This document shows positions 52,473-61,355 of a DNA stretch of 64,000 nt, piece after piece. Origin of the DNA: Acidobacteriota bacterium (GTDB lineage Bacteria; Acidobacteriota; UBA6911; RPQK01; JAJDTT01); the NCBI GenBank assembly GCA_965263035.1, contig OZ253580.1:4448001-4512000 (forward strand). The letters run 5' to 3'. How positions within the stretch are numbered: the first letter of the stretch is position 1; every line of letters begins with the position of its first letter. The position numbers were made by a program, and so were the translations under genes. The notes under the pieces were generated by a model that was given only the letters and a program-made list of their open reading frames with translations, was not told the origin of the DNA and made no database searches.

Positions 52473-53249
52473 TTGAAGAAGCTCTCCGGCGTCGTCATCA
52501 GCTACAACGAGGAGGAGAAGATCGATGCTGCTCTGAGCAGCCTTCAGGCCGTGACCGACGAGATCGTGGTGGTGGACTCCTTCAGCTCAGATGGGACCGA
52601 AGCCATCTGCCGTCGTTATACGGATCGATTTCTCCAACGCAGGTGGTCCGGCTACCGCGACCAGAAGCAGTTTGCGGCCCATCAAGCCTCCTTCGACTGG
52701 GTCCTGAGCCTGGATGCGGACGAAGTCCTGAGTCCGGAGCTGCAAGCGGAAGTGCACCGCTGGAAATCCGGGAAGGATGACGGAATCGACGGATACTACC
52801 TGTGCCGCAAGACCTTCTTTCTGGGGAGATGGATCGAGCACACGACCTGGTATCCCGATTGGCAGATGAGACTCTTTCTCCGGTCCGGGGGACAGTGGAA
52901 GGGCGGACGGGTCCATGAGTCCTTCCGAGTCAAAGGGCCCACCGGCCGACTTTCGGGGGATCTGCACCACTACACCTACGCTTCCCTGAGCGAGTATCTG
53001 CAACAGCTGGAGCGGTTCACCAACTTGGCGGCGGCCGACTATTTCGATTCGGGTGCCCGAGCCGGACCGTTGAAACTGTTGTTGTATCCCCCTCTGGTAT
53101 TCCTGCGCAATTACGTCCTTCACCGGGGTTTTCAGGACGGCGTTCCCGGGCTGGCCGTGTCGGCCCTCTCTGCCGTGTCCACATTCTTCAAGTATCTCAA
53201 GCTGTGGGAACTGGCCGCAGGAGACCCGAAGCGGGTGGGTGATCGATAG
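52473..53249 (+). CDS. GT2 glycosyltransferase (beta-1,4-glucosyltransferase/KdtX-like)
   Basis: SYNEE, VDSFSSDGT, LDADE, WYPDWQMRLF, VHES. Confidence 0.9.
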   Translation: MKKLSGVVISYNEEEKIDAALSSLQAVTDEIVVVDSFSSDGTEAICRRYTDRFLQRRWSGYRDQKQFAAHQASFDWVLSLDADEVLSPELQAEVHRWKSGKDDGIDGYYLCRKTFFLGRWIEHTTWYPDWQMRLFLRSGGQWKGGRVHESFRVKGPTGRLSGDLHHYTYASLSEYLQQLERFTNLAAADYFDSGARAGPLKLLLYPPLVFLRNYVLHRGFQDGVPGLAVSALSAVSTFFKYLKLWELAAGDPKRVGDR

Positions 53250-54357
53250 CGTGAAGTGTCCTTTGAGGATCCTCTACGTGGATACCGAGAGCTTCTGGCG
53301 GGGAGGCCAGGAGCAGCTCTTCAGTCTGATGGTGGGAATCCGACAACGGGGCTACGGCGTGGAGTTGGCGGCGCCGGCCGGGAGCCCGCTGGAAAACAGA
53401 GTTCACGATGCGGGCATTCCCACCCACAGCTTCACCCAGCGGAGTGAACTGAGTCTGCCGGCGGCATGGAGCCTGGCCCGGATTATGGGGCCCGGGAAGG
53501 TGGACGTGCTCCACTACAATACGCCCCGCCCGGTCCTGGCAGGCAAACTGGCGGCTTGGATCTGCGGAGTTCCCATTCTGGTCGCTTCCCGCCGAGTCAA
53601 CTTTCCGCTGCGCTCCAGGTTCAGCCACATCAAGTACAACTGGCTCCTCGACCGGGTCGTCACCGTCTCCGGAAGTATCGAGCGGACGCTGGTTCAGGAC
53701 GGCGTACGGCCGGAGCGGGTTTCGGTGATCTATGAAGGGGTGGATCTGCAGTCCGTCGACGGGCACCCTTCCACGTCGGTTTTGCCGGTGCGATCGGGCC
53801 TTGTAGTGGGTGTCGTCGCCCATCTGAGCCCTGAGAAGGGACACGAGACGGTGCTGAAGGCCGCGGCTCGGTTGCGGGAGAGGTTTCCCGACGTGACGTA
53901 TGTCCTTGTCGGAGGCGGGGAGCGCAGGCAGATCCTCGAGGAGCGGGCTCGCGCACTGAATGTCGCGGACCGAGTCCTGTTCACCGGATTTCGGAAAGAC
54001 AGCGACGCGATGATGCGGGAATTCGACGTCTTCTGCCTGCCATCGCTGTCGGAGGGGCTCAGCTCCGCCATTCTCGCTGCAATGGCCCGGCCGCTACCCG
54101 TCGTGGCCACTCGTGTCGGGGGGATTCCGGAGCTGGTGGTAGATGGGAGTACGGGTCTGCTGGTCCCCGCCGGCAGGCCGGACAAGTTGGCCGAGGCGCT
54201 GGCCAAGGTGCTCTCGTCCTCCTCGTTGAGACGCCGAATGAGGGAAGCGGGTCGCAGGCGGGTCGCCGAGTATTTCACTCTGGATCGTAAGCTGGATGAG
54301 ACCGAGCGGCTCTATCTGGAATTGGCGAAATTGCGACGGCCGAAACGCCTGAGTTAG
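53239..54357 (+). CDS. GT4 family glycosyltransferase
   Basis: WRGGQEQ, EKGHE, PSLSEGL, TRVGGIPELV. Confidence 0.92.
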   Translation: MIDSVKCPLRILYVDTESFWRGGQEQLFSLMVGIRQRGYGVELAAPAGSPLENRVHDAGIPTHSFTQRSELSLPAAWSLARIMGPGKVDVLHYNTPRPVLAGKLAAWICGVPILVASRRVNFPLRSRFSHIKYNWLLDRVVTVSGSIERTLVQDGVRPERVSVIYEGVDLQSVDGHPSTSVLPVRSGLVVGVVAHLSPEKGHETVLKAAARLRERFPDVTYVLVGGGERRQILEERARALNVADRVLFTGFRKDSDAMMREFDVFCLPSLSEGLSSAILAAMARPLPVVATRVGGIPELVVDGSTGLLVPAGRPDKLAEALAKVLSSSSLRRRMREAGRRRVAEYFTLDRKLDETERLYLELAKLRRPKRLS

Positions 54358-54518
54358 CAGTCCGTGGCAAAAGTCCCGCGTAGCACCGAAACCGGGGCTG
54401 CGCCCGCCGGACAAGGCGCGTAGAGGGAGCATACCGGGAGTATGCGACCGAGACGCAACGCAGTCCGCGCACGATGCAGACCCGGTCGAATGCCGTGACG
54501 ACTTTTTCCACTGGCTGG
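54357..54518 (+). mobile_element. Family A element, copy A3 (162 bp, TA duplication)
   Basis: TA|GCAGTCCGTGGCAAAAGTC...GACTTTTTCCACTGGCTGG|TA. Confidence 0.9.
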
Positions 54519-54544
54519 TAAGATGAGCCGGGATTTGGAAGAAG

Positions 54545-55303
54545 ATGAAGGGAATCATTCTCGCGGGTGGACTCGGCACCAGATTGTGGCCCCTCACCAA
54601 GGTGACCAACAAGCACCTGTTGCCGGTCTACAACAAGCCCATGATCTACTATCCGCTGGAAATGTTGGTCGACGCCGGCATCGACGAGATCATGCTGGTG
54701 ACGGGGGGCAACAACGCGGGTGACTTTCTCCGTCTGTTGGGCAGCGGCCAGGAGTTCGGCCTCAGACAGATACACTTCGGCTATCAGGAGGGAGAGGGGG
54801 GAATCGCGGATGCGCTCTCTCTGGCCCGGCATTTCGCCGGAAACGACCTGATCTGTGTCGTGCTGGGCGACAACATTCTTGAACAATCCATCGTGCCGTT
54901 CGTTCGGAGCTTTCTCCGTCAGGGGCGGGGCGCCAAGATTCTATTGAAGAAAGTGCGCGACCCTCAACGTTTCGGTGTGCCGGAGTTGAACGGCGACCGA
55001 GTCGTACGCATCACCGAGAAGCCGTCCAGGCCCGTTTCTCCGTATGCCGTGACGGGAGTGTACATGTACGACAGCCGGGTCTTCGACATCATCGATACCC
55101 TCTCTCCTTCCGCCAGGGGCGAACTGGAGATTACGGACGTCAACAACCGGTACATCGAGTCGAACGAGTTGACGTACAATGTCATTGACGGCTGGTGGAC
55201 GGACGCGGGAACCATCGAGTCCCTGATGCGGGCCGCGAACCTGGTGGCGGCGGGTGCTGGAGATCTTGCGCACCTTGAAGTCGAGATGTTCGCCAATCCT
55301 TGA
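54545..55303 (+). CDS. rmlA: Glucose-1-phosphate thymidylyltransferase (short RmlA/SpsI type)
   Basis: GIILAGGLGTRL, KHLLPVYNKPM, LGDN, SARGELEITD, WTDAGT. Confidence 0.88.
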   Translation: MKGIILAGGLGTRLWPLTKVTNKHLLPVYNKPMIYYPLEMLVDAGIDEIMLVTGGNNAGDFLRLLGSGQEFGLRQIHFGYQEGEGGIADALSLARHFAGNDLICVVLGDNILEQSIVPFVRSFLRQGRGAKILLKKVRDPQRFGVPELNGDRVVRITEKPSRPVSPYAVTGVYMYDSRVFDIIDTLSPSARGELEITDVNNRYIESNELTYNVIDGWWTDAGTIESLMRAANLVAAGAGDLAHLEVEMFANP

Positions 55304-55392
55304 CATTCCGTGCAGAAACTCCCGTATGATCCGCTGATCAATGCGGGCCGGCACCGAGCCCCGGAATCGCAATTGGGATTTGGCGCCCTCAT

Positions 55393-55554
55393 GCGGACCG
55401 TGGTAAAAGTCGTCACGGCATTCGACCGTCCCTGCATCGTGCGCGGACTGCGTTGCTATCGGCTCGCATACTCCCGGTATGCTCCCTCCGTTGCGCCTGG
55501 TCCGGCGGGCGCAGGAACGGTTTCGGTGCTCGCGGGACTTTCGCCACGGACTGC
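55393..55554 (-). mobile_element. Family A element, copy A4 (162 bp, eroded flanks)
   Basis: Reverse-oriented close match to A5; lies between rmlA and rmlB. Confidence 0.88.
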
Positions 55555-55569
55555 AAGGGGTGGCTTCAG

Positions 55570-56595
55570 ATGAAACTGTTGGTGACCGGTGGAGCAGGTT
55601 TCATCGGCTCGAATTTCATCCGCCACATTCTGAGTCGCCGCGGCTTTCAGGTCGTCAACTTCGATCTCCTCACCTACGCCGGGAATCTGCAGAACTTGGC
55701 CGGTCTGGAGGCCGGCGACAACTACCGCTTCATCCGGGGCGACATTGCCTCCAGGGAACAGGTGGCCGGGGCTCTGGATCCCGGAATCGACGCCATTGTC
55801 CACTTTGCCGCCGAAAGCCATGTGGACCGGAGCATTCTGGATGCTTCCGCATTTGTCCAGACCAACGTTCTGGGAACCCAGAATCTATTGGAGACGGCCC
55901 GGCGCAAGGGGATTCCTCGTTTCATCCACGTTTCCACCGATGAGGTTTACGGGTCGCTGCCCGGCAGCGGAAAGTTCACGGAGGATTCTCCGCTGGCTCC
56001 CAACAGTCCCTACGCCGCCAGCAAGGCGGCCGCCGACCTCGTGGCCAGGGCCTACCATCGCACCTATGGTCTGGGCGTAGTTACGACGCGTTGCGGGAAC
56101 AACTACGGTCCCTATCAGTTTCCGGAGAAGCTGATTCCCCTGATGGTCTCCAACGCGCTGGACGATGAACCCCTCCCCCTGTACGGAGATGGTCTGCATA
56201 CCCGGGACTGGATTCATGTCCTGGACCATTGCCGGGCCTTGGAGGCGATATTGCTCGAAGGCCGAAACGGGACTGTCTACAACATCGGAGCTGAGGGAGA
56301 ACGAACCAATCTGGAAGTGGCGCGCCGTATCCTTGGTATCCTGGGAAAGGCTGAAGACCTGATCTCCTTCGTGGCCGACCGACCGGCCCACGATCGGAGG
56401 TACGCCGTGGACAGCAGCCGTCTGCGGCTGGAGTTGGGCTGGTCTCCCCGGATTCCCTTCGAGGAAGGATTGGAGGAGACGGTGCGGTGGTACCGGGATC
56501 ATCCCCGATGGGTGGACGGAGTTCGAAGCGGGGATTATCGACTCTACTACCGCAGGGTATACCGAAACCGGGATCGGACGCTGTCCAGCCTGTAA
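55570..56595 (+). CDS. rmlB: dTDP-glucose 4,6-dehydratase
   Basis: TGGAGFIGS, AAESHVDRS, STDEVYG, YAASKA, NNYGPYQFPEKLIP. Confidence 0.96.
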   Translation: MKLLVTGGAGFIGSNFIRHILSRRGFQVVNFDLLTYAGNLQNLAGLEAGDNYRFIRGDIASREQVAGALDPGIDAIVHFAAESHVDRSILDASAFVQTNVLGTQNLLETARRKGIPRFIHVSTDEVYGSLPGSGKFTEDSPLAPNSPYAASKAAADLVARAYHRTYGLGVVTTRCGNNYGPYQFPEKLIPLMVSNALDDEPLPLYGDGLHTRDWIHVLDHCRALEAILLEGRNGTVYNIGAEGERTNLEVARRILGILGKAEDLISFVADRPAHDRRYAVDSSRLRLELGWSPRIPFEEGLEETVRWYRDHPRWVDGVRSGDYRLYYRRVYRNRDRTLSSL

Positions 56596-56605
56596 TTCTG
56601 GGCTG

Positions 56606-57067
56606 TTGGAGGATTCGGTGAACAACGGTTCGGTGGCCAGAAACAAGAAGGCCTTCCACAACTACGAGATCCGGCAGAGGTACCAGGCCGGAATGGTGCT
56701 GCTGGGAACCGAGATCAAGGCGATCCGCGACCATCAGGTCAGCCTTGCCGACAGCTATGCCAGGATCAGGAATGGAGAGGTCTGGTTGGAGAATTGCCAC
56801 ATCGGACCCTACCGTCATGGCAATTTGGCCAACCACGATCCCATGAGACCCCGGAAGCTGTTGCTGCACCGCAGAGAGATCAGCCGGTTGACGAGCGCCG
56901 TGGCCAACAAGGGGTTCACCCTGGTCCCTCTGGCTCTCTATTTCGAGAGGGGGCGGGCCAAGGTCGAGCTGGGAGTCGCTCGGGGAAAACGCCTCTACGA
57001 CAAGAGGGAAGCGGCCCGGCGCCGCGCCGTGGACCGGGACATTGCACAGGAGTTGAAGCGTCGATGA
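56606..57067 (+). CDS. smpB: SsrA-binding protein
   Basis: NKKAFHNY, GTEIKAIR, RKLLLHRREI, GKRLYDKR. Confidence 0.97.
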   Translation: MEDSVNNGSVARNKKAFHNYEIRQRYQAGMVLLGTEIKAIRDHQVSLADSYARIRNGEVWLENCHIGPYRHGNLANHDPMRPRKLLLHRREISRLTSAVANKGFTLVPLALYFERGRAKVELGVARGKRLYDKREAARRRAVDRDIAQELKRR

Positions 57068-58554
57068 GCATGGAATTTGGAGTGGTCGATCTGAATTGGC
57101 ATCGTCTCGACTGCGATGCCATGGTGCTGATTCTTTATCAGGAGGAGGAGTCCGGCCAGTTGATCCGGTCGGCCGATGAACGCTTGAATGGCCTGCTGGC
57201 AGAGCTGACCGCCAGCGGAGAGTGGACGGCGGGCAACGGTGACATCCTGGTGATTCACAGGCCCGCGGACGTCTCGGCCCGCCGTCTGGTCCTTTTGGGC
57301 GCGGGGCGCCGCGGCGATTGCGGCGGCGCCCGTCTTCGCGATCGAATGGTTCAGGTGGTGCGCAATTTTCGAGGCTCCAATGTCGAAAGCATTGCCGTTG
57401 AAGGCTGGGATGCATTGGATTCTGCCCTCTCGATCCAGGCGTGTGCCGAGGGTCTGGTCATCGGGTGCTATGAACCGGACGAATACAAGACCCGGGATCG
57501 ACGCCAGTCCAAAATCGGCAAGGCGCTATTCTGCTCCGGTGATCCGGCGCGGACGAGCGAGTTGCAGGAGGCTTTGAATCGCGGGCAGATTCTGGGGGAG
57601 GCCACCAATCTGGCTCGGTCCCTGGTCAATCAGCCCGGGAACAGGGTCAATCCCTCGCGGCTGGCCGAGGAGGCCCGCTCCATTGCGGGGAAATCGGGTC
57701 TCCAGATCGAGATCCTGGATGAGCCGGCCATGGAGGACGAGGGCATGGGGGCTCTTTTGGCCGTGGCTCGGGGGAGTCACGAGCCGGCCAGGATGATCGT
57801 CTTGAAGCACTTCGGAGCCGAGGATGACGGTGCGCCGCCGGTGGTTTTGGTCGGCAAGGGGGTGACCTTCGACAGTGGGGGGCTCTCCCTGAAGACCTCC
57901 CAGGGAATGGAGGAGATGAAAGCGGACAAGGCCGGAGCCTGTGCCGTTCTGGCCGCCATGAAGGCCGTCTCCGAACTGCGGTTGCGCAAGAATGTCGTGG
58001 GCATTCTTCCGGCAGTCGAAAACATGCCCAGCGGCCGGGCTCAGCGTCCCGGCGATGTGGTTCGTTCCATGTCGGGCAAGACCATCGAGGTCCTCAACAC
58101 GGACGCGGAGGGCCGGCTGATTCTGGCCGACGCCATACACTATGCCCTACGTTTGAATCCGGCCTGCATCGTGGACATCGCCACGCTCACGGGCGCCTGC
58201 GTGGTCGCGCTGGGCCATGTCCGCGCTGGGCTGTTTTCCAACGATGACCGGCTGGCGCAGAGCTTTTTCAAGGCCTCGGAACGGTCCGGGGAGAAGTTCT
58301 GGCGGCTTCCTCTGGACGACGAGTACCGCTCGCTCCTGGACAGCCATATTGCGGATATGAGAAACGTGGGAAAGCGGGCGGCCGGCGCCGTCACGGCTGC
58401 CAAGTTCCTCCAGGAATTCGTCGACGATACGCCCTGGTGTCATATCGACATGGCCGGTGTGGACATGTTTCAGGAGGGAGGCGCCAACCAGGGACCCACC
58501 GGCTTCGGTGTGCGAACCATGGTGGAGCTGGCGTCACTCTATCCGGATTCATGA
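57064..58554 (+). CDS. pepA: M17 leucyl aminopeptidase
   Basis: GKGVTFDSGG, NTDAEGRL, DIATLTGA; ATGA overlap with smpB. Confidence 0.95.
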   Translation: MSMEFGVVDLNWHRLDCDAMVLILYQEEESGQLIRSADERLNGLLAELTASGEWTAGNGDILVIHRPADVSARRLVLLGAGRRGDCGGARLRDRMVQVVRNFRGSNVESIAVEGWDALDSALSIQACAEGLVIGCYEPDEYKTRDRRQSKIGKALFCSGDPARTSELQEALNRGQILGEATNLARSLVNQPGNRVNPSRLAEEARSIAGKSGLQIEILDEPAMEDEGMGALLAVARGSHEPARMIVLKHFGAEDDGAPPVVLVGKGVTFDSGGLSLKTSQGMEEMKADKAGACAVLAAMKAVSELRLRKNVVGILPAVENMPSGRAQRPGDVVRSMSGKTIEVLNTDAEGRLILADAIHYALRLNPACIVDIATLTGACVVALGHVRAGLFSNDDRLAQSFFKASERSGEKFWRLPLDDEYRSLLDSHIADMRNVGKRAAGAVTAAKFLQEFVDDTPWCHIDMAGVDMFQEGGANQGPTGFGVRTMVELASLYPDS

Positions 58555-58612
58555 ATCGTCCGGTATCCGTGGTTCGCTATCTCGCAGCATCAGCCCGAGT
58601 CCGGGGACGCTT

Positions 58613-59257
58613 GTGAGGACTGCTCTCCGGTTTGCCGCTCTGGCACGAAAGAAGCAGCTCTTCGAAGCGGGAAAATCGGATTCCTACGAACTGCTCCGGC
58701 AGCGGATTCTTCCCGGATTGGTAGAGTTCGAGGCCTTGCGGGGCGGATTGGCGGAGCCGGTTGTCAGCGCTGGATTTCGAGTTCTATTGAAGATCGCTCG
58801 CGCCGGGAGGTGTCCCGATCTCGAAGGTCTGATCGCCTTGCGCGACGCCATCATCCCCGGGACGAAGGCTGGATTGCGCCTGGTCCCCGCCGAGCCTCTC
58901 TGCCGCGCTCACGTGCCGTTCGAACCTGCGGCGGTTGGGCCGGCCCTGGACCGGTTCTTCGAGTGGACCCGCAGTCCGGGCTTTGCCGAGATGCACGTTG
59001 TGGAGCAGGTCACGGTGACCCAGATCCGACTCCACGAAATCTATCCGTTCGGGGAAGGGACGGAGGTCGCGGTCTCATTGTTCGCCCACTGGTTTCTGCT
59101 GGCGCAGGGCTATCTCCTGCCGGCCTACGGGTTTGCGGACGCCGCCGAGTTCGACCCGGCTCTGCAGGCCGGTCTGGAATTCAGGACGGAAGATCTGGTG
59201 AATCTGAACCTTCGGGCTCTGGGGCGGGCATACAATCTGGGACTGGAGGACTCTTGA
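58613..59257 (+). CDS. Fic/Fido-fold-like protein with degenerate active site
   Basis: LHEIYPFGEGTEVAVSL aligns with HPFxxGNGR; helical context; start ambiguous (GTG 58613, or ATG 58551 plus a frameshift). Confidence 0.6.
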   Translation: MRTALRFAALARKKQLFEAGKSDSYELLRQRILPGLVEFEALRGGLAEPVVSAGFRVLLKIARAGRCPDLEGLIALRDAIIPGTKAGLRLVPAEPLCRAHVPFEPAAVGPALDRFFEWTRSPGFAEMHVVEQVTVTQIRLHEIYPFGEGTEVAVSLFAHWFLLAQGYLLPAYGFADAAEFDPALQAGLEFRTEDLVNLNLRALGRAYNLGLEDS

Positions 59258-59258
59258 C

Positions 59259-59591
59259 TCAGACGCGGCGTCTGGGTCCCAACCCCGGCTCGTCTTCATT
59301 CTGCTTGAAAATGTATTTGATCACGTTCTTTGGGATCAGGAGATTAGGCTCGGTTTCCCGGTTCACTTTGATGCAGTTTCTGTCGTACCACTCGATGACG
59401 CCCCGAATCTCTTCTCCGTCGATGAGTCGCACCACCATGGGGGTTTTCCCCGTCATCTGCTTCAGATAGTAATACTGCTCCGCGTTGGTCTGTTCGGGGG
59501 GAACTCGCCGCTTCGGGCCGTCGGCGTACTTGGGCGAACTCTGGTCCCGCAGTCCCGAAAGTGAGGGCCGTATCAATTTTCGATTGACCAT
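59259..59591 (-). CDS. Hfq-like Sm-fold RNA chaperone (atypical)
   Basis: Helix EQYYYLKQM, then MVVRLIDGEEIRGVIEWYD (Sm1) and LLIPKNVIKYI (Sm2). Confidence 0.8.
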   Translation of the reverse strand: MVNRKLIRPSLSGLRDQSSPKYADGPKRRVPPEQTNAEQYYYLKQMTGKTPMVVRLIDGEEIRGVIEWYDRNCIKVNRETEPNLLIPKNVIKYIFKQNEDEPGLGPRRRV

Positions 59592-59714
59592 AGTGACCTC
59601 ATGCCAAGCTGAGTCTCATTCTTGTATGGAGCTTGAAATGAAAAAGGACCAATAAAGGGGAGAGTAGAATCTCCAAAAGCGCTATCTGAGAAAGTATAAC
59701 ATCTGTGCCCTGTT

Positions 59715-59743
59715 TTGACAAGCGATACGGCCCCAAATAGAAT
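59715..59743 (+). promoter_or_regulatory. Near-consensus sigma70 promoter
   Basis: TTGACA-17 bp-TAGAAT ending 13 nt before ATG 59757, implying a very short leader. Confidence 0.75.
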
Positions 59744-59756
59744 GGTCCGTGTCGGC

Positions 59757-60179
59757 ATGCGAGCCCTTTTCTACCCCCTTTTGCTTCTGGCTTTGACACT
59801 CCCCCTCCAGGAACGGAGATTGGGGCGCAAGCCGGTCCTGATTCGAGCGGATGACGCCTCCTCACAAGAGCAGGAGGAGGTCCCTCCGGAGCCCGATCCG
59901 GATAAAGCCCGCAAGGCCGTCGAGATCGGAAACTTCTACTACAAGCGGGAGAATTACAAGGCGGCCGAAATCCGCTACCGAGAAGCGATCCTTTACGGAC
60001 CCAATTGGCACGAAGGGTACGAGAAACTGGTCAAGACCCTGGAGACCTTGGCCCAATACGGCCAGGCGATCCAGGCTTGCCGAGACTTCCTCAAGGCCGT
60101 GCCCGACTCCAAGAAGGCTTCTGAGTTCGAGCGCCGGGCGAAGCTCCTGGAACAGAAGCTGGGCAGCGGCGCCGACTGA
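59757..60179 (+). CDS. Small secreted TPR protein (BamD C-terminal-like)
   Basis: Signal-like MRALFYPLLLLAL, VEIGNFYYKRENYKAAEIRY. Confidence 0.8.
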   Translation: MRALFYPLLLLALTLPLQERRLGRKPVLIRADDASSQEQEEVPPEPDPDKARKAVEIGNFYYKRENYKAAEIRYREAILYGPNWHEGYEKLVKTLETLAQYGQAIQACRDFLKAVPDSKKASEFERRAKLLEQKLGSGAD

Positions 60180-60343
60180 AGAAGAGATAAGTACCTCCAC
60201 CGGGCGGCGAAGGTGGAACCACGGTCTTCCAGCCCTCCAAGGAGCGCGGCGGGTTCCCGATCAGCCGGTCCCTCGTTCCATACGTTCCCGGTCTTGCACG
60301 AATCGACGAGCAAACTTGGCTCAACCTATGTGGAATCGGGAAG

Positions 60344-60396
60344 TTTTCGCTACGGATAGCAAAAATGACATCACGATTTACTATCCATAGTAAATC
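60344..60396. promoter_or_regulatory. Pair of operator-like palindromes
   Basis: Perfect GATTTACTAT-CC-ATAGTAAATC (60375-60396) and related TTTTCGCTACGGATAGCAAAA (60344-60364). Confidence 0.55.
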
Positions 60397-60655
60397 AAGG
60401 GCAGGGCAGAGGAAAAATAGAAGTTCTCCCAGCGCACGGGAGCGGTGGGTTTCCAGCCGCCGAATTCCCAACGGAGTATCGGGAATCAGGATCATGAGGG
60501 AATGGGCGATTGGAAAGTTGTCCGTCCAATTTGTCAGTACTCGACCCCAGTGGCAGGGGCGATAAGGCTACCGCCGGTTTCCGGTCCCTTGGGTGGAATT
60601 CGGAATTTCCCGGAAGTGGGATGGGAGGTGCCAGCGAAAGTGATGTGGCGGACGG

Positions 60656-61354
60656 TCAGTTCGTCCGCGGTCGTTTGCCCCGTCGCCGCCCCCGGCGTTG
60701 AGTGCATCTTCGGCGAGAGGTGTCGACCTCGTAGTTCAAACAGCACTTGAGGCGGCCGCACATGCCGGAGAGCCGGTTCATGCTCATTCTCAAGTCCTGA
60801 CGCTTGACCGTCCGTACGCTCACCGACTTCAGTTCCTTCAGGAAAAGAGCCGAGCAATTCTGCCCCAGACCACAGCAACCCAGTCCGCCGATAAGTTTGG
60901 CCTCATCTCGAGCCCCCACTTGGCGCATTTCGATTCTGGTCCTCAGGCGGTGCGCCAACTGTTTGACCAGACTTCGAAAGTCGACTCGGCGATTAGCGGT
61001 GAAGTAGATGATGACTCGGCTTCCGTCGAAGACGTACTCGACTTCGGACAGCTTCATGGGAAGCTTGTGGGCCTTGATCTGCTTGCGGCAGAGACGGTAC
61101 GCCGTATTTTCCCAGTCCTTCTTTTTCTCGTACAGGTAGAGGTCCCGTTCCGTCGCCCGTCTCAGAGCCTTGCCCAGGGTCGTCTCCGTCGTCCCGTTGG
61201 TGTCGAGTTGGTGACTGTCGAGAACCATCCCCACTTCCACGCTCCGCTCGGTGGAGACCACACAGCGGTCTCCAACCCGAAAGCTCATGTTCGTCGCCAG
61301 GAATCTTCCGATCGTCTTCCGGAGTCCGAATCTCAAGGTGAGCAATTCGTACAT
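60656..61354 (-). CDS. ricT: PSP1-domain Fe-S regulatory protein RicT/YaaT-like
   Basis: RVDFRSLVK, RIEMRQVGARDEA, GGLGCCG, GMCGRLKCCLNYE; follows holB. Confidence 0.9.
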   Translation of the reverse strand: MYELLTLRFGLRKTIGRFLATNMSFRVGDRCVVSTERSVEVGMVLDSHQLDTNGTTETTLGKALRRATERDLYLYEKKKDWENTAYRLCRKQIKAHKLPMKLSEVEYVFDGSRVIIYFTANRRVDFRSLVKQLAHRLRTRIEMRQVGARDEAKLIGGLGCCGLGQNCSALFLKELKSVSVRTVKRQDLRMSMNRLSGMCGRLKCCLNYEVDTSRRRCTQRRGRRRGKRPRTN

Positions 61355-61355
61355 G

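Noticed and set aside
55300-55330. TTGACA...TATGAT promoter before rmlB
   Set aside because: 19-bp spacer and overlap with the rmlA stop; too uncertain to call.
56606-57067. tmRNA gene near smpB
   Set aside because: No tRNA-Ala-like ends and no intergenic space next to smpB.
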